The notes below the pieces were generated by a model. The model worked only from the letters and a program-made list of their open reading frames with translations, was not told where the DNA came from and did no database searches. Of a stretch of DNA of 64,000 bases, positions 22,601-36,180 are shown one piece after another. The stretch comes from Cenococcum geophilum (Eukaryota), in NCBI GenBank assembly GCA_050273025.1, contig CP158635.1, positions 18,848,001-18,912,000 on the forward strand. The letters run 5' to 3'. Position numbers and translations under genes: made by a program. Position 1 is the stretch's first letter; each line of letters starts with the position of its first letter.

Positions 22601-25600
22601 TATCTTCGCGGGTTAATCCTAGTTTACCTTTTAGAAATTTCTTAACATTAGTATTAACTATCTTTTGGCGTAGAGACTTAGACTTTATTTTTAGGTTTAT
22701 TTTAAGGAAGTTATAAAAATAAGGGGGTAGCGCTTTGCAGGCTTTATCTATTATATAGTTGCCTTCTACTAGCTAGTGGAAAGACCTTTCTAATAAGTTT
22801 AGTACTTTTATTAGGCCTATAAGCAGCTCCTTAAGCAGCTATTAATGCTTTTCTTATTTAACTAGTTCTACTAGCTCCGCTATATAGATCCTTATTACCT
22901 TTACGTCTTTTTATTTATAGAACTAGGTAAAATTAACGGTATAAGTGCATTTAATGTCGTCTAGGTTAGGGCGTATTTAGTTCTTTAGTGCTACGGCTAG
23001 GCTAGTATATCTTAGTTAGCCTAGGGGGGGCGGAAATAAGGTAGTGGCCCTATACGGTACGCGCGGGAGATAGGTATAAGATTAGGTGTTATAGGGAGGA
23101 GGTCTTAATTACTCTGGTTTTAGTCTTGGCTATAACGCCCTTAGCTATTATATATGTGGTCGCATATACGTATAGCAAATAACTTAGGGTTAGGTATCTT
23201 ATTAGCTAACCTAGGTTAAGCGGGTATATATAGGGGACTTATAGTTCTAATAGTGTTTATTTTTTAGGGAATAAGGTAGTAGTTTAGTCTTTTAGAATCT
23301 CTACTTAGTTTACTACGTATATTAGCTTACTAGTATTAGGTACCTCTTTTACTATTAGCTAACGGTATCTAAGTATTAGCCGTACAATATGTCCGCGTGG
23401 TGCTATTTAGTTATAGTTGGGAATATGCTATAGGAGATAGTTATAGGTATAGTAATTGGAGTTAAACTTAAGCTCTAGGGCGGGGAAGTCTGCCCTTAGG
23501 TTATACTTTTTAAGCTAGGGCATTTTAAGAATTACTAGTATAAAGGGTAATAACTTTATAACGTAAAAGAGTATAGATTCTATATAGTGGCTAATTGTTA
23601 TTATTGCTATAAAGTAGTGGGTAATAAACCTGGATGGGAGTCTATTAGTAAAGCGAAGCAGTTTTAAGACTAGGAGTCTTTTAATTATAATATTGTGCTT
23701 TTTTATAAGCGAGTCTATATCTATAAATGCTAGTGCTATACTACTAGTATTAATAAGGCTTACTGTTTTAATAAGAACTTATAGGAGTAGGTTATATAGT
23801 AAGAAAAGGTAGGTTTAAATAAGGATAGCATTTCTATCGCTATTTATTATTCTAAGGTTAAGTAGTAGCTAGCTTAAAATAAGGTTTAACTAATCTAGTA
23901 GCATAGATCTAATCCTTTTATCCTCCTCCCTGTATAGTTTTAACCCTTAGAGGCGACTTAGTCTAAGGGTTAGCCTTTTAATAGCTAAATTGTAGGGCTT
24001 AGCTAGTAGCTGTGGTTTTAGCTAGTATGTCCTAATATATTGGTCTCTAACGGTATATATATGCTAGAGGGTACTTTACCAATAATACGGCCGGTCTTAT
24101 AATTGGTAGTAGCATAGAGTACTTATCCGTAGTTCGCGTATAGGACTATTGGCTAAGGCTGTATTAGGGAAGGGAATTATAGGGGTGGATCTCTATATCT
24201 AAACCTATGTCTTTATCCGTGGTTACCGCCTTAATTACTATCCCCTCTATTAAAGAATCCACTATAGCTAGAAGGGGGTTAGCGTGGTAGTATTAGAAGG
24301 GGATTTAGGTTCTTTTAAAGGTTATAAGCATCTTTTTAGTAGCTAGGTTAACCACACGCTATATAAAGTCTGTTATCTATATAATATCTTTAGACGTTAT
24401 TAGAGAGACTATTACTACTACTACTAAACTTAACGGCGTTAAGGTCTATTAGGTTATTCTACAGTAATATAGGTTAATAGCTGCTAGCGGTACTTAACTT
24501 AGCGGTATTTAGCTTAGTATAGTAGGTATAGTTCTAGAGGTTATAAGCGAATATATCCATCTGCTTGCTCTAGCCTTTATAATTAGTATCGCCGATTTTA
24601 TAGCTAAGGGTAAAGGCTAGGTCCTTTATCTTAGAGGAAATATTCTTTTTAAGTAAATCTACTTTTTGTTCCTTAGTCTTGTTTACTTTTATTATTAACT
24701 TATTAAGCTCTGCTTTCTAAAACCAGTAGTTATGCTTACCTTAGCTTAAGGTATCCAGCTTATTTTTAGCTGCTTAGGTTATATCTATAGTCTTATAGTG
24801 CTTCCTTATATATACAAACATAGACTCTTAGTTAAAGAAGGTCCATTTACTTAAGTCGTTTAGGTATATGCGTAGCATATTAAAGCTATGCTTAATATAG
24901 TTATAAGCTTTATCTGTTAGCATATCTAATATATAGAGGACTTTGTCTATTAGGGTTTTAAAGCACTTTATATCCCTCCAGAAAACACCTTAGATCTTTA
25001 TTTTCTATATTTTAAAAATTTCTTACTTTTTAGTTAGTGATCCCTTACTATTAAATAGGGTTAGATTTTTTGCTTTACGCTTTTTTCTATAGAGCTTAGT
25101 TAGAAAAGGAGAGCTAGTAGTAGTATTCTTATTAGTAATGGTTTGGGTAAGTGTAGTAATCTAAAGGCTTAAACTTTATATGGTCTAAGTATTTATAAAG
25201 GCTTACTGTTTATATTGTTATATACGTGGTTTAAGCGTCTTAAGGGAGTTAATTCTATGCTAAGCTTCTTTATGTTAGAATTTTATAGTTCGGCCTTTAT
25301 TATAGACGGCTTAGAGACCGCTCTTAACATTAGTTAGGAAAGTTATATATATAAAGATGTACTAGAAGGTTCCTGCTACGTTAAGGTTCTTAGGGTACTC
25401 CGGGCTACTCCTAATTGCCTAGGCAATGTAGGTATAGAAGGTATTAAAAAGGCAGGCGAGTGCTTTACGTGTATTTACTGACGGGGTATTATCTATATTA
25501 TAGTTGCCCATTTTAAGGGATCTATATAAGGCAATTAAAGTCTATAAGGCTAGCTGTAGTACTAAGATTATTTATAACTGTGCTAGGGTTTTTTAGGACT

Positions 25601-25908
25601 TATAGTATAGTATTATCGGTTACGCCGGATTGTAATTATACTAGGAAAACGGGAATAATAGACTAGGAAAAAATAAAGGTTGTAATGGGGCGCAATTAGG
25701 GATACTACAAACTGTTACGGTGCTGTAATAAAGTAGACTAAATAACTACGTTATAGTATAAAGAGGAGAAGAAGGTAAAAGGGGGTATTATATATAAATA
25801 GTAGGGCCAGCCGCTAAGGCGCTAGTGGTGGGCCAGCTAATAATAGAAAACAGTATAAGATAGTACGAGATAGTATAAAACAGTATGCGTTAGGTTAGTG
25901 CTGTAACA
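16628..25908 (-). mobile_element. Ty3/gypsy chromovirus-like element (LTRs 16628-16822 and 25713-25908)
   Basis: Matching ~195-bp LTRs; TSD GTATA on both sides; degraded gag-protease-RT-RNase H-integrase order with a chromodomain-like end near 17150-17350. Confidence 0.92.
18743..21116 (+). mobile_element. 5'-truncated Tad1-type LINE with RT, RNase H and A-rich tail
   Basis: GIPQGSPIPPILFLLY and SYMDDFAI (RT); AELYAV, FIDSQAAI and WVPSHLEIYGNKIADKLAK (RNase H); tail (TAAAAAA)n; 13-bp TSD AGGATTCGCTTAG (18730-18742, 21117-21129). Confidence 0.95.
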
Positions 25909-27746
25909 GTATATATATCTAAAAGATATTTATTAAATTATACCCTACTAAATACCTAATATGGGCTCTAGGAGTAAGCTTTTAGATATAAGGAATATTA
26001 TATTTAAATAGGTATACTCTATAGCTATAGGCACGTAAGTAAGCTATATTTAGCTTAGTTAGTAAGAGACCTATTACTAATTAAAGCTTTTTAAAGGGCG
26101 TCTTCTAATTAAGCCGTCGGCTTAGTGTCCTATTTATTATATACGCAGCTTCTTTAAAGACCTTAGGCCAGAGTTCTTCTAGTAGTTATGCTTTAATTTG
26201 CATACATTAAGACTCCGTTATAATTACCCCCTTAGAACGTTCCGTAGGACCGTTCTATTCTAGTATATTTAGAGCTAAGTACTCTACTATAATACCTTCT
26301 TTAGTAACCTAATTATTAAATTTACCTCTAAGCGATAACTTGATATTGATATGGATTATAATAACTTTAAAGCCGTAGCGTTGCTTAACTATATTATAAT
26401 ATTTAATAATTGCTTAGGTAACTGATAACTTTAACGTAAATATCTTAACCTTATTTATTTGTGTTAAATCGTTAAGGAAATATATTGCGTATTTATATCC
26501 GTTATAAGCTTTAATTTCCTAAATTAAATCCGTATATATACGGTAAAAGGGCCTTATCGCCTTATTTATAGGTATCCTTTTTAATATTACCTTATAAGCC
26601 TTATTAACTATATAGGTTTTACATTTAATTATTATAGGGCCTTATATAATCGCCCTAGTCACTTTTTTAGGCAATCGCTTAATTATAGCACTTCCTATAT
26701 ATCCAAGTTAACTATACTAAAGCCATCTATCTATCTTTTAATTTAGTAGAGGTTCCGTTAATTAAGCCGTAAAGGACACGTCCTCTATTATATTTGGCTT
26801 TAATTTATTATATTTAAGAGTTACCTAACCGTAGTAATATCCGCAATATGCAAACTTCTTACTACCGCAACGGTAGAGGTAGTTTCCCTTATTATGCTAA
26901 AAGACACCCTTTTTATTAAGTCTTTAATTATAGATTAGATTTGTATAAAATCCTAGTATATATATAGCCTTATTTAGATAAATCTTCTACTTTCCTAATA
27001 GGGTAATTATTATAACTTTAGCTGTTCCAAAGCCTTTAATATTTTCTATATTAAATCTAGTATATAACTAATTACTAGCCAGTTGGACATCGCCTATAAA
27101 TCTCGCTTAGTTATTAATAATATACAAGGTTATTATAGGGTTAAGAATTACACTATTACGGAGAGTGTAATTAGATGCGATATAAGCTCTAGCTTAATAA
27201 ACTATAAAGCTTTCTAGTGGGTTGCTAGACGAGCTCTTTTGCTTTATACTATCTGGCTTTTTATTAGATAAGGCTTAGCTCCTTAGTTAATTAATTAAGG
27301 CCTTAAGTTTAGGTAAAGAATTAGTAAGCCTTTACTCTACTAACTGCATTTTTAAATCGGTTGGTTTCTATCCTAATGGCCAAACTAACTTAATAAGGTA
27401 GTAGCACCTCTTATATAGATAAGGCCTTCCGTATAAATATAGCGTCGTCTACCTCTTCTAATCTATCCTCCTTAAAGACTCTACTTCTAATTTAGCTTTC
27501 AGTTTAACCTCCAATTTAGCTTCCAATTTAGGCTTATTAATTGGTTCTCCTTTAAAGCTAGCTATATAGGATCTATGCTAGTCCCTTGCCTTCTAAGCAG
27601 ATATTAGGTAATAGTAATTTAATAGACTTCGATAATATTATAAAGGGTAAATAAACGTTCCTTCTTCCACTTAAGTCTCTATAGTTTATACTCCTAATAT
27701 TCTAACTAACTTAATGAGATAGATTTAATGGTATATATAAAGTCCT

Positions 27747-30700
27747 AATACATTCCAAAGGAGCTCTTGCTGCACCTGGCCTAAAAAGACCAAAACTAAC
27801 CAAAAGAACCCTGAAAAACACTCAGAGAATCCCCCTGAGATGCATGCATCGCAGGGGAGGCACACGTCAAACGACGGTGGCTCGCACTCGCGCGCGACCG
27901 CTAGAACTACGCCTAGCAATAGCCCTCTATAATAAAGACGGGCGAATATCACACTATAAAGCGGAAATACCTCTATTAAGAAGGCATCTAATAAAATATA
28001 AAGCCTATTAGACGCGTCTAGTATCTAGAATTATAGGGGAGTAACCGTTAGCTATAACAAACTAATACAGCTAGCAGAATGGCTCCGCCAGTCTAGTAAA
28101 CCTTAGGCGCCCCTCTAGTAAACCCTTAATTAAATCCTCTAACGGCTAAGTAAAATCAAAAATAAGTATAATCCCCCTTTACCGGCGAACCGCACTTAGG
28201 CCGCTATAGCTACGCTTTTACAGCATAGGGAACCCACCCCCCTTAAGTTAATAACTGGGTATATAATTATAATATAACCAAATATAGAATAAGTAGAGGG
28301 GCTTAGGGGATAATTAGAAATAGAAGTCCTTATAGAGATACGTAAAGAGGTCTATAACGCTATTATAGTCTAATACCTTAAGAGCGGAGATATTAGAGTT
28401 ACTTTAAAGAACTAATAGGTAAAGGAACGAGCCGTAAGGGCAGGGGATAGGCTAGGAAAACGTATTAGTATAAAAGTACTCCGTGAGGATTACCTAGTTA
28501 AAGTCCTAGTAGTTCCTATAAGCCTTAGGGTAGAAAAGGGACGCTAGGTAGATAATATAGTAATTATATAGGAGATAGTAAGATAAATGGAACGCTTTAT
28601 ACTAGGACTCGATAACACCTAAATCTAATGGCTTTAATAGGAAAATATAAACTAAGTATATAATAAGAATAATAAGAGGATATAAGGGTCGCTAAAGACT
28701 TATTAGGGAGACGCCGGACGAATATATAGCTCCCTTATTGTTAGTATATATATACCAGGAATATAAAAACTCCTTATCTAAAAAGGAATAATTATAAATG
28801 GCCTTATATATAATATAAGGCTTTATAACTATAGACTACGCCTAGAACAATACTATTGCTATATATAATAGGGACACACCCAATCTATATACGCAGCACA
28901 GGTGTGCTGCGGCCACTGTATAGGCCCCTATAATACAAGATATTGCTTAAATTAAGACTAAATAAAATACGTGAACTGCTACCGAAGTACACATAAGGCG
29001 TAGGAGAGAGAAGACTATATTAAATACAGGAGACGGAAGGTAAGGGCTTAACAGCTACGGGAATAACTGTACGCTAGGTCATACGAATAGAAACAACAGG
29101 CGATAAGTTAGGGGGACATAGGTGCCTTCCTAGCGTTTCCTACCTTTAATACTAGAGGGCTAGGCCAGCCATCCTAAGCCTTAACGGGCTAAAAGCGACG
29201 CCGCGCGATATTACTAGACCGATTAGGGATATAAGGGTCACAGGGGATATAAGGGAGAGGACGCCCCGTAGGAAGACCCCTATGGACAGCAATAATAGGC
29301 TTAAAACCAGGACAATTAAGAATTAGACTTAATGCGGTAAATATAACATTTATAGCCAACCTATAAAGGGCATATAGCCAACTAGTAAGAACAGGGGAAG
29401 AACTAGTAATAATAATAGATTTAGATATAGAAGCGCTAATAGGAACATAAAATACGGGAATGGAAAGCTCTATATAATAAGTAGTAACTAGGGTGTAGAT
29501 ACAAGAGATAGAAGCTCCAAATATTCTAAAGAAAGTGGAAATAAAAGAAGTAAGGAATAAAGGAGAGTTAAAGGACCCTTACTGGGGGTCCGCCACCTAT
29601 CTATTATATAGTATAACTGCGGTAACACAAACTACCGCCTTATAAGGCCCCTACTAGATAGTCTAGACTTAGAGAAATACTATATCCTTACTATATAAGA
29701 GCCGTATTATAATACCTTTATATAATTAACATACTGCCCCTAAGGATTCCAGCTCCTATATAAACTAAAAGCAGCCATACGCGTGTGCTTTATGATTAGC
29801 AAGGCCATTAGCCTATCCTTATAGTTATAGCAGGTAGTTAACCTAGATATTATAGTTATAATAATCCAAATATATAGGGGACCGGTACAAATTATTAATG
29901 TATATAACCCTAGGGTTAAAGGGGTCCCACAAACAGAGAATATTATATTAGTAATAAGCTTACTAGAAACCGAAGGTATAGAGTCTATCCTATTAGGAGA
30001 TATAAACCTCCACCACCCGCGGTAGGGGGGTATCTATGTTACTGCAGATTAATAGTTAGAGTGCCTACTAAGAGCTATAGATATTTGGGGCCTTAAGCTA
30101 GCTACCCCCCTAGGAGCAATTATATAGCAATAAGGCACCGCCAGAAGTATAATTAACCTCATATTTATGGACGAAGGCCTATACTAGAGACTTAAAAGGT
30201 GCAACCCTAAAGAAGAATAGGCACTTACCCTAGACTATATCCTTATCTAAATATAGCTAGACCTAGATACTAAAGCGCAACTAAATAGAAAAAGATACGT
30301 AATAAGGAAGCTTAAGATAGATAGTTTTCTTAATATAGTTAAATAATAACTCTAAGACCTAGAAGAAATCTACCTAATACCAAACAAGCGAGGCTTATTG
30401 GCCACCCCTAAGGAAATTGACCGAAGACTAGAAAGGATCTAGGTAGCAATTAAAAATAGGCTAGAAGAGCACTGCCCGATCTTAAAACCAGGCCCCTATG
30501 CGCGATATATATGGTTAATATAATACGTAGTTCTAGTTACTAGCTAATGACGAGCAAGAAGGAAATATATAAGTAGCTATAACCCTAAAGACGAGAGACG
30601 ATATAAAGATATAAGAAACTAGCTAAAGAATACCCTAAAAAAAGAAGTAAGGAATAACTGGAGATGGTTTATAAACGAGTATACTTTTAACCTAAGCCTC

Positions 30701-33296
30701 CCCCATAACAAGGGCCTTTAGGCTATAGCAAAATAGGTAAAGAAAAAGGTAGGGCGCCTAGTAGAAGACCTATACCTACCACCCCTATAAAGAGTAGGAG
30801 AATTATAGGCTATAAATAATAATAATAAGAAGGTAAAGATCCTTATAGAAAGGTTCTTCCCCTAACCGGCTCTAGTAGACCTTAGTAATATCACGGGCGA
30901 AACACTAGTGACTCGCCTACGGGTTAACAGCGATATAATAATAGAGGAAATGGCTAGAACTATTAGCCGCCTTTTAAATAATATAGTACTAGGACTAAAT
31001 AGGATTCCAAATAAGGCCCTAAAAACCTATAGGCCACTTATAGCACCTTAGCTTACAGATGTAGCCAGAGTATGCTTTACTATAGGCTACTACCCGCGAC
31101 TTAGAAGATCTATAATGATGGTTATCCTATAAAAAGAAGGTAAAGTAGATTACTTAATCCTAGGAAGCTACCGCCCTATTACCTTAGAAAATACCCTTAG
31201 CAAGATCTTAGAAAGGGTAATAGCGGAACATATAGTAGATATAGTAGAGGAATACGCCCTACTACTATAAAGCTAAATAGGGGCAAGAAAGAACCGCTTA
31301 ATACTATCAGCACTTACGCTACTCGCTACCACTATTAAATCTATATAGGCAATATAAAAGGACTTTGTGGTATTAATGCTTAGCCTAGATATTAGTAGTG
31401 CCTATAATAATATACCCCACAAGCGTCTCCTATATATCCTTAAGGTAAAGGGCTTCCTAGAATGGATTATATAATTTATTTAAGGGTTTACAGGCCAGAA
31501 AGAAACATTACTGGTCTTTAGCAGATACCAGAGCCCCCCTATTATAGTTGTAATAGGAATACTATAAGAATTACCCCTCTCGCCTATACTCTTCCTTTTC
31601 TTTATAAGTAACCTACTTAACTCCTTTAAGGAAGGGGCGACCTAGGGAATAGGCTTTATTAACGATATAAACCTAATTATATATAGGCTAATAGCCATAG
31701 AGAATTACAGAACACTAGAGAAAGCCTATAACACTTATATAGAATAGGCAAAACGTTATAGAGTCTAATTCTTACCAGAGAAATACTAGCTAATCCATTT
31801 TATAAGAAAACGTAACTAATCTGTAGATATCTAGTATATAATTCGTATTTAAGGCTTTAGGGGTTAACCAGTTTAGGGCCTAAGGGTATTAGAAGTATGG
31901 GTAAATAGCAAGCTCCGGTGGAGCGTATATACGGCATAAGCAGCCCATAAAGGCCAAGCACAGTTTATTGCTTTATTTAGGATTATTAATTCTATATAGG
32001 GTCTATGCTTCTAGAGGTTACGCCTACTATATATAGCAGTTGTCCGGCTAACCATGATATATAGATCCAGTATTTAGGCCATTGGAGAAACTAAGAAGGG
32101 CCCCCCTAAATTACTCCTTAAACCACTTTAAAAGGTCCAAATAGCCTACCTTTAGAGTATTATAGGCGGGTATAAGCAAACGGCCATAGTACTGCTTAAG
32201 AAGGAATCCAATATTCCCCCCCTATAGTTATATATTAAAGCCGCTGTAATATAAAGGACGTAAAATAAACGTAACTCTAATATTATAAAGTATATTAAGA
32301 TACGCCTAAGTAAACTATAGAGGGACCCTAGGGTGTCCTATAGGAGAACAAACCAACAACCCTAAAGTAGGGAAGAGATATTAGAGAAACAGGTAAAAAA
32401 AGTAAAAGAAAAATAGTGCCGCTTTAGGGCCTAGGCTTATATAGAGAAGGAAGGGAGACGTATAAGAGGTTAGTAAAGATAACAGTAAGATAGAGAAAGG
32501 AGCTAAAGTAAAACATATAAGAATGCCGGAAAACTATCTACTATAATATAATACTGGTTGGACCAACGCTAAAAAGGTAAATAGGAGTTAAAGGTATAGA
32601 GGCTGACTTAGGTAAGACGAACCTAAGCTATAGTATAGTTAACGCTATAGGGGGTAAATACCTAAGGGCTCTAAGAAGGCCTAATAAAGGCAGAAAATAT
32701 AATAGTAATACTCTTAAGAACAGGAATAATAGGACTAAAAGATTAGCTTTACTGGGTGGGTGTCTTAGTAGGCAGCCCGAGATGCGAATATAGCTAGCTA
32801 AGATAGATACCAAAACACGTAATACTGCTATGCCCCCTACGTACTAATTAAGAAACAATACTCTTAGTAGCTGGCATAGAGAACTATAATATACTACTCT
32901 TAATATAAAAAGGCCTTAAGGCGGTCACCTAGTGGGTTATTAGTTAAAATGTGCTAAATTAGTTCCGGGTTGTAAGGGAAATGGTAATAAAAGGTAAGGG
33001 GGCGAGCAGTAGGTGCCCCCTAGTAACTCTATAGTAGTAGAGTAAAAGTTTATAATACTAGCGCATCCGTAGGCTTGTTACGGCAGTAGTGGTTCCTAAA
33101 GAGGTTAAATAGTAAGGTAGTAGAGCACTATAGGTGACTTATAGGCGCTAAGTAGGCAAGTCCTAAAAGGCGGGGAGATGGATTACGGGGTTTTCTTATT
33201 TTTCTTAAGTAGAGTTTTCTCCCCATATGTAAATAAGGAGTAGTCCGCATGGGCCCAATAGGGATCTAAATCGGACGTTAAGCAATGAATTATTAT
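27747..33296 (+). mobile_element. Near full-length Tad1-type LINE (ORF1 with Cys/His knuckles; ORF2 endonuclease + RT), RIP-mutated
   Basis: 15-bp TSD TATATATAAAGTCCT (27732-27746, 33297-33311); LLGDINLHHPR (AP endonuclease); SYRPITLENTLSKILE and LSPILFLFFI (RT); short (TAT)n tail. Confidence 0.93.
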
Positions 33297-34581
33297 TATA
33301 TATAAAGTCCTTAACTGGTTAATTGCTATCTACCTTAGGTAGTTTAACCTTCTTATAATCCTTATACACCCTCTCCTATTTACGGAGCCACTTCTTAATA
33401 TTCTAACTCTTTAGGGCCCTCCTTATTTTAAAATATTAGGTAGCTAAGTTAACCTTTTAAGCGTTATTAGTTAGAGCGACTGCCTACTTAAGTAATATAA
33501 GGACATTATAGACGGTATTTCCTTTAAAGGTGTATTTAATATAGTTATAAGAGATCGTGCTAATAATATAGGTGTATAGAGATATAAGAGCTGCTTCCTC
33601 CTTCTTATATTGCTTATAGGCACAGTTATAGTATTTTTTATAGAGCTTAAAGCTCTTCCTTTTCGTCGTTATTAAGAGTTAAGTATATTATCTTTTAAGG
33701 ATTAACAACTAATAGTAAGGGCTCTAACAGTGCTCTATATCTAAATAAATCCTACTTCTTAACGCTCGGATTAATATATTCCTATATACCCTTACTGTCA
33801 GCTCTATACTTAATTACCCCAATCTATTAGTCCTAATCGTTTAGGCCAGCAAGGATTATAGTATAGGTGGTAATAAGCATTTCGGGTTATTAAGAGGATA
33901 TATTTAAGGCTTCTACTATATAGTTAATAATAAGGTAATTAAGACTTTAAATTAAAAGAGAATGTAATAGATAGCCCGGGCCTATAATTATTAAACGGAC
34001 AAGTTACTTATAAAAACTCTATCTATTAAAGCTGGCTCTAGAAGCTCTCTATATACATAAAGTTGGGGTAAAGGACTAACGATAACGCTGACGACGATTC
34101 TAGAGCTATTACTTAATTGCCACCAGGTCGATATTGCTACTTAGTTAGTAATAGGTAATGAATAGGTAATAGAAAGTAGATAGTAAGACATGCGATGGCA
34201 AGAAACAGGTGTAAGTCATAAGGTGGTACTTGACAGTGACCTTAACGTTTGACATGCAGTGGGAACTAGAACGGGTCCCGTTGAACATAAACCAGGCACT
34301 GCTATCAAACCATCCATTCTGGATCGCACTTCTGGGGCTCATCTAATCCTTTGTATTCGCATTCAGCCAAATACTCCACGCCGTCTCCCTTTAATCCCCG
34401 CGCACCATCGCCTCCCGCCAGGCACACCATCTAGAACGGTTAACAGCAGCGTATGCGGTCTCGTCGCTAGTCTGTCTATATCTTCCATCCCAGCGTCTCG
34501 CAGTGGGCAACCCCGATTTCCTTGCTCCTTTCTTACTTAGAAATCACCTGTCGAGGTTACCCTTCGCCTCCGAATCTAGCC

Positions 34582-34860
34582 ATGAGCCCGAAGACTCTCG
34601 AGCTTCCTCTGGGCCTATCTGCCTCCGATATAATCAGGGGAGGCACACCTAGGCTGGCTGCCTTAATTCCTCATACTCGAACGGTTCTCAAATTTTGCCA
34701 TGGCGATCCTGACAAGCACGATCGATGCGAAGCTCGAATGTATGAGCTGCTCAGCAAGTCAAACATCTTCAGACGGCTACCGTCCTTGTTATACGAGGGG
34801 AGGAGCAAGTGTGGTAGGGGAATACCTCTCCAACTCGCGGTCAAAGCGAGACCTCGAGGA
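34582..34860 (+). pseudogene. Protein-kinase-like N-lobe fragment truncated by an LTR insertion
   Basis: MSPKTLELPLGLSASDIIRGGTPRLAALIPHTRTVLKFCHGDPDKHDRCEARMYELL resembles a degenerate G-loop / VxK / helix-C region; it runs into the LTR at 34861. Confidence 0.5.
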
Positions 34861-36180
34861 TGTTGAGAATCGATCCTCTGGTGGCGTTGGGAGGCTGGGT
34901 TCCAGCCTCCTCAATATTGTATTATATAGCTACCAGCCTTCCCCAGATGGATGAATCAAGGCAATTAATGCATCTACACTCAACAGGTTATAAGCCCGGA
35001 TTATGCAGAAATTAAAAGCTAAGTCTTCAAGTACCTTAAATTAAATACATAATCTACTAAAAAATATATATTACAGGGGAACTCTATAGTCTTACAACTG
35101 CCTTCCGCTACGCATCTCTGCAATATATACACTATCTAAAATCTAACGCTATGGGATATAATAAAAAAGGGGAGACCTCTTCTGAGGAAGTTGGGCGTTA
35201 AGATACTAAAACTCAACTTTCTAAATTTCTTTAGAAACCATTAAACCCCTATACTAGCCTTCTATTCACAGGACAACCATACGTCTAAATTTTAAAATAG
35301 TTATATATCCTATCCAAAATTACTATAATAGTAAAGAAATTAATACCTTAATAATTACGCCAAAGGCCTAAAAGACCGCTTCTATACTAATTACAACCTT
35401 AACCTTTATAACTAGCATGGTTCTACCGCTTCCTTAATATCTTCCTTTACCTTTATATGGTTAAAGATATTAATAAAGACAATACCTATATCTTTATAAA
35501 AGACTTTAAGGATTAAGATTTTAACCTTAATATTATACTCAGCTATTCTAGTGATTTAGATGCTCTTTAATATCTAATAGTATACTTTCTATAGCTAGCT
35601 TAACCAAACTCTTCGACTTTAAAATTTAAACTCCGTAATTACCTCTTAAGACTATATCTAACCTATTGGATACGCTAAAGGATTCCAAAACTACATATAA
35701 ATCTATTAAATTAAAAAAATTAGAAACACTAAACCCCTCTAGCTCTATTACTAAGGACTTTAACTCTTTACCTAAAACTTTAACAGATTTACCTAAAACC
35801 TCCTAAACCTATTGTCGCTTATATATTACCTTTATATATCTTCTCTAAATATCCTAAACCTCTTTCTAGGCCCTAATAACTAAAACTATCCCTAATAAGC
35901 TTAAGAATTCTCTATTAGTCTTACTAAAGATATCTATAATTAAGGTAAAGATAAGCTTTACAGCTGAAAAAGGGACTAGAGGGCTAGATAAGATAAGAAA
36001 GCTAGAATCCACTATAATATAGATAGAGTTTATTAAATAGATACGCCTCTACTTATTAATAAACGGATATCGGGATCTACTTAAATAGAATATAAAAAGA
36101 CTAGAATAAGGGACCCTATTAAAGACAGTATATAAAACTAAGTTAAATACTTGGCTTAATAAACAAAAACGAGTATATAG
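34861..36180 (+). mobile_element. 5' LTR (34861-34985) and leader/gag of a copia-like element; 3' part not in the window
   Basis: TGTTGAG...CTCAACA termini followed by GGTTATAAGCCC, a post-LTR motif similar to that of other copia elements here. Confidence 0.7.

Larger units (their letters stand above)
14024..34254 (-). mobile_element. Full-length Ty1/copia element (LTRs 14024-14289 and 33989-34254) expanded by nested gypsy and LINE insertions
   Basis: Matching 266-bp LTRs; TSD CGCAG/TGCAG; PPT next to 14290; RT/RNase H at about 14400-16000, integrase about 25900-26800, gag about 27300-27730 and 33312-33900. Confidence 0.92.

Noticed and set aside
27747..27900. Ribozyme at the 5' end of the full-length LINE
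   Set aside because: I could not build HDV or hammerhead pairings from this sequence.
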